From a candidate division FCPU426 bacterium (GTDB taxonomy: Bacteria > Oederibacteriota > PGYV01 > Palsa-1178), in NCBI GenBank assembly GCA_963840035.1, contig CAWIXE010000002.1, forward strand, positions 192,001-256,000: a stretch of 64,000 nucleotides of DNA, written 5' to 3'. Under the pieces are notes generated by a model. It did no database searches, was not told the origin of the DNA, and worked only from the letters and a program-made list of their open reading frames with translations. Below, piece after piece: positions 1-10,977 of the stretch (position 1 is the stretch's first letter; each line of letters begins with the position of its first letter). The position numbers were made by a program, and so were the translations under genes.

Positions 1-116
1 TCACAAATCCCAAATCACAAATCCCAAAGAGGGCGTAAGGCAATCATAAATCCTGATAAATTCAGGATTTATGCTTTTAATTTGGGATTTGTGATTTGGG
101 ATTTGTGATTGCCTTA
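1..116. repeat. Heptamer-period inverted repeat/hairpin (CACAAAT/CCCAAAT units), probably truncated by the window edge
   Basis: 1-28 tcacaaatcccaaatcacaaatcccaaa is the exact reverse complement of 81-108. Inner 12-bp stem 45-56/62-73. 36-46 also pairs with 106-116. Confidence 0.85.
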
Positions 117-222
117 TTCCACATAGTAAAACCAAACGACAAGCCAACGCAACTAATTATTGATAAAACTGTCTAAATATATGACAATATTAGTATACTT
201 TTATCTAAACCGGAGCAGGAAA

Positions 223-2535
223 ATGACCAAAAATATCGGACTCAAAAAGGCAAGCCTTATTCGGTTAACCGTTTACGCAGGAATTCTCCTGTTTTCAAAT
301 ACCTTATTTGCCGCGCATAATTATAATGACGCCCTTTATAAGTCTGTGTATTTTCTCGGCGCTAACCGCTGCGGTGACACTAAATCATGGATTCACGGCG
401 CCTGTCATTTGCGCGATGGGGAGGTAAACGGAGGAATAGACTTAACCGGCGGCTGGCATGACTGCGGGGACCACGTAAAATTTGGACAGACTAATTCATT
501 TGCCGCCGGGTGTGTGATTGAGGGATATTTGCAGTTTACATCCGCATATGAGGACAGGTACGCGCAGGATTATTCAGCTCCTCCGGCAAACGGGATTCCT
601 GATGTGTTGGATGAAGTAAAGATTCATACTGATTTTCTAATCAAAGCCTACAGGTCAGGCACGGTTTATTACCAGGTGGGCAACGGCGATCAGGACCATG
701 TGCATTTTTCTGAGCCTGTATATCAGGGGCTTAATTATACGGCGGCTGAAGGCGGAAACCCGAGGCCCTCTTATTCCATAACTACGGGCGGGTCAAATGT
801 GTGTGGTGACGCGGCTGCGGCGCTGGCCCTTATGTCCATCGCATACAGGCCGTTTAACGCGGCATACGCTGATCAGTGCCTGACAGTGGCAAAACAGTAT
901 TACGCAGTGGGTGATGCCGCGCATAACATACGGGCAAGCACCGGAGTGGGTTATGCGACAAATACAAACTGGGCTGACGACCTGTGCTGGGGCGCGATAA
1001 GCATATACAGGGCAAATAACGAGGCGTTCTATCTGACTGAGGCGCAGGGGCTTGCTACTGACGGAAATTTCAGCATGCCGACTTACTGGGCGCTTTGCTG
1101 GGACCACACAGAACCTCTGGCTATATACGGATTATATAAGGCAACAGGAAACGCTTCTTATATGACTTTGCTGACCACTGAGCTTACAAACTACCAGGGA
1201 AAAATGACGACCTGCGGCATCGGCTCATACGCATGGCTCGCGCAGTGGGGCAGTTTAAGGTACTCAGGAGGCATGGCTTTTGTCGCTGCGCTTATACATA
1301 AGGAAAACAACAGCGCAGCAGCGCTGGATTTCTGCAAAAAGAATGTTGATTTTATACTGGGAACGCATGCCGCAATGACAGGGACCGGCGGTGGAACGAA
1401 ACTCGGGGAGTCTTTTCTTATAGGTTATGAAAATCCTGATTATCCCGGGACGGGCTGGCCGCAAAGGCCGCATCACAGGGCAGCGTTTGGAAAAGGCGCT
1501 TCAGGAGACATAGATTTTGCCGATGAAGACGCGGCGCCTGGAACAGTACCCTATCTGCACACTCTTACAGGCGCGCTTGTAGGAGGGCCGAGGGCGACAT
1601 GTTCAAATTATAATGACGACATAGGGGACTATGTGGCAAATGAGGTCGGATTGGATTACAATGCCGGATTCATAGGCGCCGTGGCGCATATGGCGCAGTT
1701 ATATCCCCAGGCAACACCCACATATACTCCGTTTGCCGGCCCGCCCACATTTACACCAACTCCGACAGGCACAAGGACCATAACAGTATCACCGACAGCG
1801 TCGCGCACACCGTCATTTACGCGCACCGGAACGCCGACGCGCACAACGACAAATACCCCGGCTGATACATTCACGGCTACTGAAACAAATACAAACACAG
1901 TAACGCGCACTCATACGGCTACAGGGACCTATACCGCGACCGCGACAATAACGCAGACAGATACGCCGCCTCCGCCGGGCTCGACTGATACGTTCACGCC
2001 TTCCATTACAAAGACCTTCACCGTATCGCCCGTGGCCACCGGGACATTCACATCCACTATACAGCCGTCGCAGACATGGACATTAACGCGGACTCCGCTG
2101 CCAACGGCCACAAATACAGCGCAGTTTACAAAGACAAATACCCCGGCGGCGACATACACGCGCACGCCTCTGCCGACCGCGACAAGGACACCGGCGATAA
2201 ATACGCCGACGCCTACTTATACGCAGGTTATAACGGCGCCGCCGTCAGAAGAGGTTGTTTATCCCAATCCGTATGACCCGGGTGAAGGCGACCTGAATGT
2301 GGATTATAGAATTGAGGCTTCAGCCACAACGGTTAAGTTCACTGTATTTACGTCGAGTTACAGGATGGTCCTAAGCGCGGATTTGGGAACAGCCCCGGCA
2401 GGATACAACAGCGCCGCCATAAACCGCAAATACTTTGAAAAACTTTCAAACGGTTCATATATGTACCTGATAACATATAAGACGGCTTCGGGCGAAAAAC
2501 GTTCCAAGATACGGGAACTTATCGTGGTCAGGTAG
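223..2535 (+). CDS. Secreted GH9 glycoside hydrolase (endoglucanase-like, no N-terminal Ig) + Thr/Pro stalk + YPNP C-terminal domain
   Basis: GH9 motifs [29 protein letters not shown] and NEVGLDYNA; signal peptide. Start placed at ATG 223 behind GGAG (ORF track starts at 160). Confidence 0.9.
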   Translation: MTKNIGLKKASLIRLTVYAGILLFSNTLFAAHNYNDALYKSVYFLGANRCGDTKSWIHGACHLRDGEVNGGIDLTGGWHDCGDHVKFGQTNSFAAGCVIEGYLQFTSAYEDRYAQDYSAPPANGIPDVLDEVKIHTDFLIKAYRSGTVYYQVGNGDQDHVHFSEPVYQGLNYTAAEGGNPRPSYSITTGGSNVCGDAAAALALMSIAYRPFNAAYADQCLTVAKQYYAVGDAAHNIRASTGVGYATNTNWADDLCWGAISIYRANNEAFYLTEAQGLATDGNFSMPTYWALCWDHTEPLAIYGLYKATGNASYMTLLTTELTNYQGKMTTCGIGSYAWLAQWGSLRYSGGMAFVAALIHKENNSAAALDFCKKNVDFILGTHAAMTGTGGGTKLGESFLIGYENPDYPGTGWPQRPHHRAAFGKGASGDIDFADEDAAPGTVPYLHTLTGALVGGPRATCSNYNDDIGDYVANEVGLDYNAGFIGAVAHMAQLYPQATPTYTPFAGPPTFTPTPTGTRTITVSPTASRTPSFTRTGTPTRTTTNTPADTFTATETNTNTVTRTHTATGTYTATATITQTDTPPPPGSTDTFTPSITKTFTVSPVATGTFTSTIQPSQTWTLTRTPLPTATNTAQFTKTNTPAATYTRTPLPTATRTPAINTPTPTYTQVITAPPSEEVVYPNPYDPGEGDLNVDYRIEASATTVKFTVFTSSYRMVLSADLGTAPAGYNSAAINRKYFEKLSNGSYMYLITYKTASGEKRSKIRELIVVR

Positions 2536-2565
2536 GGGCCCGGCAGCCGCAGGATTTTATTTTCC

Positions 2566-2594
2566 TTGAATAACCCCGGTTTAAAATATATAAT
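2566..2594 (+). promoter_or_regulatory. Sigma70-type promoter of LacI gene
   Basis: TTGAAT-17-TATAAT; the spacer contains CCGGTTT, a half-site of the 3707 palindrome. Confidence 0.6.
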
Positions 2595-2630
2595 ACCTTT
2601 ACGATTAATAAAATATTTTCCGGGGACACG

Positions 2631-3659
2631 ATGAAAAAACTGAACATCAAGGACATAGCGAAACTTGCCAGGGTTTCTAAGAGCACTGTTTCCAAGGTTA
2701 TAAATAATTATAAAAGCATACCCAAGGCGACAAAAAAACGCATCAATGACATCATTAAAAAGAACAATTACTATTCCTTCGAATCCGCGCATACCCTGGC
2801 AAAAGGCAAAACCGACGTCATAGTTTTTATGGCGCCAAAATACGCCTCGCCTTTCATATCCGAAATACTTGAGGCCTTTGAAACAAGGTCCATCCAGACA
2901 AACCGCTATGTCGAGGATATTATTACATTCTCAACAAGGGGGGACGTAAAAATAAAGGAAGAGCTTTTTAAAAAAATACTCTACGGCAAAAAAGCCGCGG
3001 CTTTAGTCGCGCTTTCCATAAATCCGTCAAAAAAGGTTATTTCGGATTACAAAAAATTCGGAATCCCGATAATCCTTCTTGGCAACATGATGAAAGGCGC
3101 CCACTCTGTCAGGGTTGACAACTTTAAGGGGGCTTTTATGGCCACGGAATACCTTATAAACAGAGGAAAGAAAAACATAGGCTTTATTTCAGGACGGACG
3201 GTTGATGACGGTTCGTGCGATCTGGACCTGTCAATTGTTGAAAGAAGGCTGGGTTTTGAGGCTGCCTTAAGCAAGCACGGAATCCCGCTTAAAAATGAGC
3301 ATATAGAAATAGTGCATGACTTCACATATGAGGACGGCATAGCCGGCTTAAATAACCTGCTGGGAAAAGGCGTCAAGCTTGACGCTGTATTTTGCGCGGC
3401 AGGGGATATAGTGGCTATGGGCGTTATGGAACGGGCTGAAGAGGCAGGCATAAAGATACCGCAGGATCTGGCAGTCATTGGTTTTGACGATATGATGTTT
3501 TCAAAGCACCTGAACCCTCCGCTTACCACGGTTTACCAGCCGATAAAGGAGCTCGGGTCCGTGGCCTTTGACACGGCTGTGGCGGCAATAGAGGGAAAAC
3601 TGGATAAGACACAGGACATAATACTTGAGCCAAAACTGATCGTAAGAAAGTCCGCTTAA
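2631..3659 (+). CDS. LacI-family transcriptional regulator
   Basis: HTH NIKDIAKLARVSKSTVSKVIN; C-terminal IPQDLAVIGFDD...PPLTTV...LIVRKS. Confidence 0.95.
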   Translation: MKKLNIKDIAKLARVSKSTVSKVINNYKSIPKATKKRINDIIKKNNYYSFESAHTLAKGKTDVIVFMAPKYASPFISEILEAFETRSIQTNRYVEDIITFSTRGDVKIKEELFKKILYGKKAAALVALSINPSKKVISDYKKFGIPIILLGNMMKGAHSVRVDNFKGAFMATEYLINRGKKNIGFISGRTVDDGSCDLDLSIVERRLGFEAALSKHGIPLKNEHIEIVHDFTYEDGIAGLNNLLGKGVKLDAVFCAAGDIVAMGVMERAEEAGIKIPQDLAVIGFDDMMFSKHLNPPLTTVYQPIKELGSVAFDTAVAAIEGKLDKTQDIILEPKLIVRKSA

Positions 3660-3674
3660 CCGTATAAATAATAT

Positions 3675-3726
3675 TTGACAACCGCGCGTTAATTTTGTAT
3701 ACTTTGTTAGGAAACCGGTTTCCTAA
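3675..3726 (+). promoter_or_regulatory. Consensus sigma70 promoter followed by a perfect 20-bp LacI-type operator
   Basis: TTGACA(3675)-17-TATACT(3698); palindrome TTAGGAAACCGGTTTCCTAA at 3707-3726 over the expected transcription start. Confidence 0.85.
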
Positions 3727-3768
3727 ACAAACGGCTTAAACGCTGAAATTCATAAAAGAGGCAGGCTG

Positions 3769-4572
3769 ATGAAAAAGACAATACTGGCCATCGTACTGGC
3801 AATGTGCTGCGCCACGGCCTGGGCATCCCTGTTCCAGGGCGAAATAGGCCTTGAAATGTACGGCGGGTACAGCTTTACCGCCCTGAAAAACTTCAATGAT
3901 AATTTTGTCAATGTATTTAATTACGGCTATCTGGAAGGGTATGCCGCACCGAAGGACGCCGCAGCCATACCGGGGATACTTGAAGCAGACCTGAAAATAA
4001 GATATTGCGCGGCGCCGGCGCTTCCTTTATATCTGAGGCTGGGATTAACGCGGCTTGTGGATACTGAAATATTAACCAATACATCAACAGGCAAGGATAT
4101 AGCCGCATCAGTGGCCAGTTTTAACATGGCTTATGCCGGAGCCGGGGCAAAATACGGATTCAGGCTTTCAAGGGCGTTTACGCTTCTAATAGGAGCTGAC
4201 GCGGGATTATACATACCGGTGGCCAGTTTTTGGGAAGTAACCGGAAACATATCCCAGACCCCGCCGGTAAATAATAATATATCAGACCCGTTATATAACG
4301 CGTCCCAAAGGATAGATTTTACGGACATATACTTCGGCGGAAACGCCGGGGCCGGGGTTGAATGGGCGATTACAGACTCGTGGGGAGTCACTATAGAAGG
4401 CGGATACAGGTTCGCAAAAGCGCCGCTGACATACAGGAAAAAAGGAATTTTCGCGAGGGATTCTTTTAACCTCAAGGAACTCGATTTCTCAGGCCCGTAT
4501 TTAACGGGCGGGCTGGTGTTGTATTTTGACGGCAGAAGCGCCGTGGAAATACAAAAAAGGAGCAGGATATGA
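3769..4572 (+). CDS. Outer-membrane beta-barrel protein (small, ~8-strand type)
   Basis: Signal peptide (..ATAWA); alternating strands (AYAGAGAKYGF, FGGNAGAGVEW, WGVTIEGGYRF, GPYLTGGLVLYF); ATGA overlap with next gene. Confidence 0.7.
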   Translation: MKKTILAIVLAMCCATAWASLFQGEIGLEMYGGYSFTALKNFNDNFVNVFNYGYLEGYAAPKDAAAIPGILEADLKIRYCAAPALPLYLRLGLTRLVDTEILTNTSTGKDIAASVASFNMAYAGAGAKYGFRLSRAFTLLIGADAGLYIPVASFWEVTGNISQTPPVNNNISDPLYNASQRIDFTDIYFGGNAGAGVEWAITDSWGVTIEGGYRFAKAPLTYRKKGIFARDSFNLKELDFSGPYLTGGLVLYFDGRSAVEIQKRSRI

Positions 4573-6824
4573 AAAAACAATATTTATTAGCCGCTGTTTT
4601 GGCAGTGCTTATTATTCTGACAGGGACTTCCTGCTCCAAGAGGAGAAACGTGCACCCCGTGGGGCCCGGTGATATTTATACGGCCACATGTACCCCTGCA
4701 ATTTCCACCGCTACTTATACGGTTACACGGACAAATACGCCTTTGCCTCCTACAGGCACAAGGACAAATACACCGGTGCCGCCAACATCAACCTTCACAA
4801 GGACAGCCACGGCCACGGCAATAATACCTTCCGCAACTTTAACGCCTTCTTATACTGAAACCATAATTGTGCCGAGCGCCACAGACACACCCGTATACAG
4901 CCCTACAAACACGCCTTCTGTGACTCCGACGCTTACAGATACGCCGGTCTATAGCCCGACAATTACGCCGACCGCGACCATGACTTTTACGGACACGCCG
5001 GTTGTTTCGCACACTTCAACACGCACGGCAACATTTACAGCGACGGTTACTATTACTCATTCGGCGACACCGACTCACACGCCCACTCCTGTTGCCACGC
5101 CGACATTTACCGCGACAACACCGTCCGCGGCAGTGATTATTTATGACGGCGATACCGCCGGCACCAGGCTCGCTGACGGCGCAGTTACAAATGACGGGGC
5201 AGGGACCATGACTGAAACTGCCGGAGGAAACCCCGGGAATATGATGAGGCTTACATATGTAAACGCGGCTTGGTGGCAGCAGCATGAATGGAACAAGACT
5301 GACAATGTGGATATCGGCGCCAACACATACCTTGTATTCGATGTAAAACTGGATGCGGCAAGCGCGAACCCTGAAAAGCAGCTTAAGGTCAGGATAGACT
5401 GGGGTACAGGGCTTGATGTTTTTGTCGCGAATTTCCTGGTGGAAGGCGGGATAATAACCACGGCCTGGAAGACCGTGAAGATAGCGATCGCGGATATTAA
5501 AGGCGCGGCGCAGACGCAGATAGATTTTATAGCATTCATCGGCAATACTGACATAAATTACACTGTGGATATTGACAATATAAGGCTTGAAGGTTCAGTG
5601 CCGTCTCCTTCGCCAACCTTTACAATTACGACAAACCCGGCCTGGTCGCCGACTGTTTCGCCGACTATCACGCCGACGAGCGCGTGGAACCATCCGGGCG
5701 CGTGGTCTTCAGCGGCGGAGCTGGCGTTTGTAAAAGGGCGGATCGCGGCGAATGCCCAGCCATGGACGCAGGAGCTTTCAAATCTAACGGGGCAGACAGG
5801 CGGCGCCGCTTCAGGAGTGAATTTTAACGGCGTAGTGCAGAATTCCTGCACTCAGGAAGGGTCTGTCCAGACAGACTCGGCGCTTGTTTACGCCAACGCG
5901 CTCGCGTGGTACTTAACAGGCACGCAGTCGTATTACACCAAAGCCATGACCATACTTAATAATTACGCAAGCTCGCCCGCTTCATGCATACAGGGATTCC
6001 AGTCCACCGGCTGTTTTGCCGGGCAGTCCATACTGAATGCCTCGTGGTTCGGCGTGCTTTTCGCCAACGCGTGCGAACTTTTACGCACAAGCCCGAGCTG
6101 GACTGCGAATGATACGGCCAGGTTTGTAAACATGTTTAAGACAGGATTTTATCCGAAGTTAAATACCATGAGCCCTGACAACGGGAATATTGATTTGACC
6201 CAGATAGACGCCATGTTTTCCATGGCCGTCTTCTGCGAGGACCAGGCTGAGTGGGACCTGGCAGTGTCCAGATACAAGGCCAGGATGCCGGCGGCGTTTA
6301 TTGATTCCACATGGACAGGCGTCCCGGGGGTTGGCAAACCGGCTTCCCTCGGAAATGTAAATACAAATAACTGCGGAGGCGCCTCCTCTCCGCCTGTGGA
6401 TTTCTGGTACTGCCCGACATCGTGGGCCGCGGGGCTGCAGCAGGAGACGTGCAGGGATTTGGGACACCATACGCAGTTTGCCCTCGATGCGGCAGTGGAC
6501 TGCGCCGAGATAGATTACCATCAGGGAAGCCCGGACGCGCTTTACGCGTCATACCAGACTATGCTGGTGCCGGCCCTTGAACTGCTGGCGCGGCAATTTG
6601 TCACAGCCACCACCTGCGGCGTCTGTTCGGGAACCTGGCCCGCCGGGCAGCAGAAACTCATAATGTTTGAGGAAGGCTACAACCATTACGCAAACCGCAT
6701 GGGCCTGGGCGCTTCCTTAACCAATACCGGCGCGTGGATAACCACCTCGCGCGCCAATGGCGGCGCCACCCGGCTCCAGTTTAACATAGCTTTTGAGACG
6801 CTCACGCACGCGGGAGTGAACTGA
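4569..6824 (+). CDS. Lipoprotein: Thr/Pro stalk + CBM-like beta-sandwich + alginate-lyase-family-like catalytic domain
   Basis: Lipobox-like LTGTSC; IYDGDT...IDNIRL module; HPG...QPW, NGNIDL and QETCRDLGHH motifs resembling alginate lyase family alpha/alpha proteins. Confidence 0.65.
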   Translation: MKKQYLLAAVLAVLIILTGTSCSKRRNVHPVGPGDIYTATCTPAISTATYTVTRTNTPLPPTGTRTNTPVPPTSTFTRTATATAIIPSATLTPSYTETIIVPSATDTPVYSPTNTPSVTPTLTDTPVYSPTITPTATMTFTDTPVVSHTSTRTATFTATVTITHSATPTHTPTPVATPTFTATTPSAAVIIYDGDTAGTRLADGAVTNDGAGTMTETAGGNPGNMMRLTYVNAAWWQQHEWNKTDNVDIGANTYLVFDVKLDAASANPEKQLKVRIDWGTGLDVFVANFLVEGGIITTAWKTVKIAIADIKGAAQTQIDFIAFIGNTDINYTVDIDNIRLEGSVPSPSPTFTITTNPAWSPTVSPTITPTSAWNHPGAWSSAAELAFVKGRIAANAQPWTQELSNLTGQTGGAASGVNFNGVVQNSCTQEGSVQTDSALVYANALAWYLTGTQSYYTKAMTILNNYASSPASCIQGFQSTGCFAGQSILNASWFGVLFANACELLRTSPSWTANDTARFVNMFKTGFYPKLNTMSPDNGNIDLTQIDAMFSMAVFCEDQAEWDLAVSRYKARMPAAFIDSTWTGVPGVGKPASLGNVNTNNCGGASSPPVDFWYCPTSWAAGLQQETCRDLGHHTQFALDAAVDCAEIDYHQGSPDALYASYQTMLVPALELLARQFVTATTCGVCSGTWPAGQQKLIMFEEGYNHYANRMGLGASLTNTGAWITTSRANGGATRLQFNIAFETLTHAGVN

Positions 6825-6979
6825 AAAAAATCAGCTTAAAACTGAAAGCTGAAAGCTTAAAGTTGGAGCGTGAAAACAGCGCGGGTTAAATATTTGAAAT
6901 ATAGGTGATTAAAACGGTTTATATGTTATTATGTTTGCGACAAGGCATTTATTATTAGGATGTTAACAGGAGGCTTGAG

Positions 6980-7678
6980 ATGGGCGAAATAAATATCAAA
7001 GGAAAATGGGTTTTACTTACGGGCGCGAGCAGGGGCGTGGGGCTGCGTGTGGCAAAGGCTTTGGCTGAGAGGGGATGCAAACTTATCCTTCAGAGCAGGG
7101 ACTTAAAAGGAACAAAAGAACTGGTAAAGGAATTAAAGGCAAAGGGCGTTGAAGCGCACGCTGTCGCCGCGGAGCTGTCAAACTTAAAGCAGGTAAAGAG
7201 CCTTATTGATAAAGCCAAAAAAATATCGGGTGACCATATAGATATCGTATATAACAACGCCGCGATCATGGCCAAGTTCCGCCAGAATATTTACGACGCG
7301 CCGGCTGAGGATTTTACGCAGAGTTTTTTAGTCAACGTAACAACGCCGGTTATGATATGCAACGCATTCATCCCGCAGATGGTAAAAAGGGGATGGGGCC
7401 GAGTTGTAAACGTGACTTCGGGAATAGCGGACCAGCCTGAACTGATGGCGTACAGCTGTTCAAAGGCCGCGCTCGACAGATATGTGCGCGATATGGTAAA
7501 AAAACTGGAAAAGACAGGCGTGCTCATAAACCTGATGGACCCGGGATGGCTCCGGACTGATTTAGGCGGGCCGCAGGCGCCCAATGACCCTGATTCAGTT
7601 CTGCCGGGGGCTTTAGTTCCGGTGCTGCTGGAAGAGGGAAGCGGGAAGATGTACCACGCGATGGATTTTAAAAAATAA
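6980..7678 (+). CDS. Short-chain dehydrogenase/reductase (SDR)
   Basis: TGASRGVG, NNAA, YSCSK (YxxxK), PGWLRTD. Confidence 0.95.
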   Translation: MGEINIKGKWVLLTGASRGVGLRVAKALAERGCKLILQSRDLKGTKELVKELKAKGVEAHAVAAELSNLKQVKSLIDKAKKISGDHIDIVYNNAAIMAKFRQNIYDAPAEDFTQSFLVNVTTPVMICNAFIPQMVKRGWGRVVNVTSGIADQPELMAYSCSKAALDRYVRDMVKKLEKTGVLINLMDPGWLRTDLGGPQAPNDPDSVLPGALVPVLLEEGSGKMYHAMDFKK

Positions 7679-7720
7679 AACAAATTTTATATTTTCAATT
7701 TTCGATTTTCAATTAAACAC

Positions 7721-7750
7721 AAAGGGCGCTGAGAGGCGCCTTTTTGTTTT
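7721..7750 (+). terminator. Rho-independent terminator after SDR
   Basis: aaagggcgc-tgagag-gcgcc followed by a T-tract. Confidence 0.7.
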
Positions 7751-7796
7751 TAGGTTTTATATGCGATTATTTTAAAAACTAATTGTGCCATGATTT

Positions 7797-7985
7797 TGCA
7801 GGGGCGATTCATGAATCACCCCTGCGGAGGCATAGGGCCGGACCGTATTTGTAGCGGGCGAATATTATTCGCCCGAAAACGGGGCATGCGGAAAAAAACG
7901 GCCGGGCGCATGATATGCGCCCGCTACAATTGCAAAACAAACACAGAGCAGGTCAAATGCGGGCGATTCGTGAATCGCCCCTACA
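7797..7985. repeat. Cluster of four GTAG-tagged REP-like palindromes
   Basis: gcaggggcgattcatgaatcacccc, gtagcgggcgaatattattcgccc, gggcgcatgatatgcgcccgctac, gggcgattcgtgaatcgcccctac; related copies at 18027, 41544 and 57363. Confidence 0.8.
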
Positions 7986-8169
7986 ACTACGCAAGCCAGA
8001 TGATTGCAAACGTTAAACATTGAACTATTTTCATAAAACCGGTTTAACCGCCCATATTTCACATTAAAACCACGTTATGTATACCGAAACTAAGTTATTG
8101 CCATATTGTCCAATGTTTAGCTATAATTCAGATGCGGCAGGTAGACTATTATGTGGAAGGAGTATGGCG

Positions 8170-10827
8170 ATGCTAAAGAGAACTGCCTTTTTTTTATCAC
8201 TTCTGATTTTAACGATTAACTACATTATAGCTTCGCCTGTCTCCATTAACGGGCAATTGAGCGTTTCTGGTTTGCAGCTTGTTAATTCCTGCGGAAATCC
8301 GGTACAGCTGCGCGGGGTATCCACCCACGGGCTGCAGTGGTTTTACGACTGCCTTCCTGACGCTGCCATAGATTTCGCGGCGTCATCCACGGGCATGGGG
8401 TGCGATGTATTCAGGATCGCGATGTATGTGGGTGAGAACGGGTACCTTACAAATCCGACTGAATTTACAAACAGGGTGAATTCGCTTGTGGAAAAAGCGA
8501 CAGCCCGAGGAATGTACGTCATTATTGACTGGCACGTTTTAACCCCCGGAGACCCTAATGTCAATATAGCGGACGCGAGGACTTTCTGGACAAATATGGC
8601 CAACACGCACAAGGACAAGGTAAACGTCATATATGAAATATGCAATGAGCCTAACGGCGGCGGCGTAACCTGGGCTACGGTGAGAACTTACGCAAACGAC
8701 ATCATACCGCGAATAAGAGCCATAGACCCAGATGCCATCATAATAGTCGGCACACCAAACTGGTCCCAGCTTGGGGCGGATGTGGTAAATAACCAGTTGA
8801 GCTACAGCAACATTATGTACGCTTTCCATTTTTACGCTGCGTCCCACGCCACTACGATGCTTTCGAATTACGCAAGCTCGCTTCCGATATTCTGCACCGA
8901 GTGGGCGGCCAGCGAGGCTTCAGGAACAGGGACGCTTAATACTGCAAGGGCGAGCGAATTCATAAGCATTATGGGCGGGAATAATCCTGCCGGGGTAAAG
9001 ATAAGCTGGGCATCCTGGTCGTATTCGGACAATTCAGAGACATCCGCGATGTTTAACGCTAATACCTGCCCTAACGGGCCGTACGACACGGGACATCTTT
9101 CCGCGGAAGGTAATTATATCAGGAATAATATACTTACACCGGGAAAAACATTCATCGCGTGCAATACCACCCAGACTTTTACCCCTACGCGGACAAGGAC
9201 ACCTCAACCTACAAATACAAACACTCCGGCGCAGACAAAAACTTTTACAGCCACATATTCCAAAACCGCCACCGTAACTTACACAAAGACAACCGGGCCA
9301 AGCCCGACAATTACGATGACGCATACGGCCTCAGGCACGGCAACTGCGACACCGGCGCCGTCCTCTGTGGCAATACCGTGCGCCGCGGGAATTAAAGTTG
9401 ACGGGGATTTAACAGACGCGGGATGGCTGGACGGCGCGTGGACGGCAAATAACAGGCTTGTTACGGGCACAAACCCGCAGGGCGCTTCGGCGCAGTTCAA
9501 GGTAAGGTGGGATAATACGGCTTTATACGTGGCTGTTGATGTTTCAGACACATCGCCGTTTAACGATTCCGGCGCCAACTGGTATGATGATTCATCCGTC
9601 GAGGTTTATCTGGACATGAACCACAACGCTTCCACAAACTACCAGGCGGATGATTTTCAGTTTTCCATGAGATATAACGACCAGACCCTGCGCGAACAGG
9701 GAAACAAGCAGGGCACGGCAACCGGCGCTGTCGCGGCGCGCGCCGGAGGATATATAGTGGAGATGAAGCTTCCGTGGAGCGTGCTCGGAGCCACGCCTGC
9801 CGCGGCCTCGGTTTATGGGTTTGATGTCGGGGTAAACATTGATTCAGCGGGAGGCGCGAGGGAAGGAGTGCTCATGTGGGCAGGCACGGGAAATAATTAC
9901 GCTGATACAAGCGCGTTTGGAAACGCCGTTGTACAGGCGTGCGCGATAACGCCTACATTTACAGCGTCAAAAACAATGACCGCCACCGTGTCAAAGACAG
10001 TTACAAATACTCCGGCAAGCACCGCGAGCTTTACGCCTTCGTTCACAAAGACATTTACAGCGGCGAGCACAAATACAGCCACACCAATCAGCACCGCGAC
10101 ATTTACAAAGACGGTTACGCAGTCATATACTCCGACGCTGTCGTCAACCGCAAGCAGGTCAGCCACTCCCACGGCCACAAACACTCCATATTATTCACCT
10201 TCAATGACGCAGACCGTTACACAGACCGTGACAGGCACGCCGCCTACGGCTACGCAGACCTATTCGTGCACTATTATTATTCCCGCGACTTTTACATTTA
10301 CATACACTCCCGTTAATACCGCGACACGTACATTCACGCCGCGCGACACTGAAACAGCCACGCCCGTAAACACCCTGGCAAATACACCGGAGAATACTGT
10401 AACAAATACGCACACACCTGTTAACACGCAGGTCAATACATCATTACCGACGCCGACTTATACAAATACACAGGCAGCTTCCTCAACAAATACGCCTGTA
10501 GTACCTACCGCCACAGTAACACCGTTTGTAAACAGGGGTGATGAAAAAACATACCCGAATCCATACGACCCGGAGCACGGGGATTTGAATGTTGAATTTA
10601 ACCTTGAGAGCGAGGCAACGGAAGTTGAGCTGGCAGTTTATACAAAGGGCTTAAGGCTGGTATCAAGGACCAGGCTGGGTGCGTTCGCGGCAGGGCATAA
10701 CAGGGCGACTGTTGACAGGAGCCGCTTTAAAAGGTTCTCCGCGGGTACATACTTCTATATGATAATAAGCAAAAATAACGGGGTTGAAAATAAGGGGCAT
10801 ATTAGGAATCTGAATATATCGCGATAG
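8170..10827 (+). CDS. Secreted GH5 (subfamily 2-like) cellulase + CBM9/DOMON-like domain + Thr/Pro stalk + YPNP C-terminal domain
   Basis: QLRGVSTHGLQW, IIDWH, YEICNEP (acid/base), FHFYA, IFCTEW (nucleophile); VDGDL...WDNTALYVAV...DSSVEVYLD. Start at ATG 8170 behind AAGGAG. Confidence 0.92.
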   Translation: MLKRTAFFLSLLILTINYIIASPVSINGQLSVSGLQLVNSCGNPVQLRGVSTHGLQWFYDCLPDAAIDFAASSTGMGCDVFRIAMYVGENGYLTNPTEFTNRVNSLVEKATARGMYVIIDWHVLTPGDPNVNIADARTFWTNMANTHKDKVNVIYEICNEPNGGGVTWATVRTYANDIIPRIRAIDPDAIIIVGTPNWSQLGADVVNNQLSYSNIMYAFHFYAASHATTMLSNYASSLPIFCTEWAASEASGTGTLNTARASEFISIMGGNNPAGVKISWASWSYSDNSETSAMFNANTCPNGPYDTGHLSAEGNYIRNNILTPGKTFIACNTTQTFTPTRTRTPQPTNTNTPAQTKTFTATYSKTATVTYTKTTGPSPTITMTHTASGTATATPAPSSVAIPCAAGIKVDGDLTDAGWLDGAWTANNRLVTGTNPQGASAQFKVRWDNTALYVAVDVSDTSPFNDSGANWYDDSSVEVYLDMNHNASTNYQADDFQFSMRYNDQTLREQGNKQGTATGAVAARAGGYIVEMKLPWSVLGATPAAASVYGFDVGVNIDSAGGAREGVLMWAGTGNNYADTSAFGNAVVQACAITPTFTASKTMTATVSKTVTNTPASTASFTPSFTKTFTAASTNTATPISTATFTKTVTQSYTPTLSSTASRSATPTATNTPYYSPSMTQTVTQTVTGTPPTATQTYSCTIIIPATFTFTYTPVNTATRTFTPRDTETATPVNTLANTPENTVTNTHTPVNTQVNTSLPTPTYTNTQAASSTNTPVVPTATVTPFVNRGDEKTYPNPYDPEHGDLNVEFNLESEATEVELAVYTKGLRLVSRTRLGAFAAGHNRATVDRSRFKRFSAGTYFYMIISKNNGVENKGHIRNLNISR

Positions 10828-10898
10828 AAAATCAGGTTTTTCTATGAAACGCTTTATTTATAATGGTGAAACAGGCGCGCACTGTCCGAAACTTTCGC

Positions 10899-10943
10899 TT
10901 GATTAAGTTGTCATAAAGATGTATAAAATGTTTAGCGCTAAAC
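10899..10943 (+). promoter_or_regulatory. Promoter + LacI-type operator GTTTAGCGCTAAAC
   Basis: TTGATT(10899)-17-TATAAA(10922); perfect 14-bp palindrome at 10930-10943, repeated exactly at 14886 and 27910. Confidence 0.8.
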
Positions 10944-10977
10944 TGATGCATAATACTAATTAACCGGAGCTTACATA

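Noticed and set aside
7790..8062. Short ORFs over REP or repeat clusters (also 27108-27308, 57176-57490, 60108-60299, 61310-61525)
   Set aside because: They lie in palindrome or tandem-repeat DNA and lack an RBS or recognisable domains.
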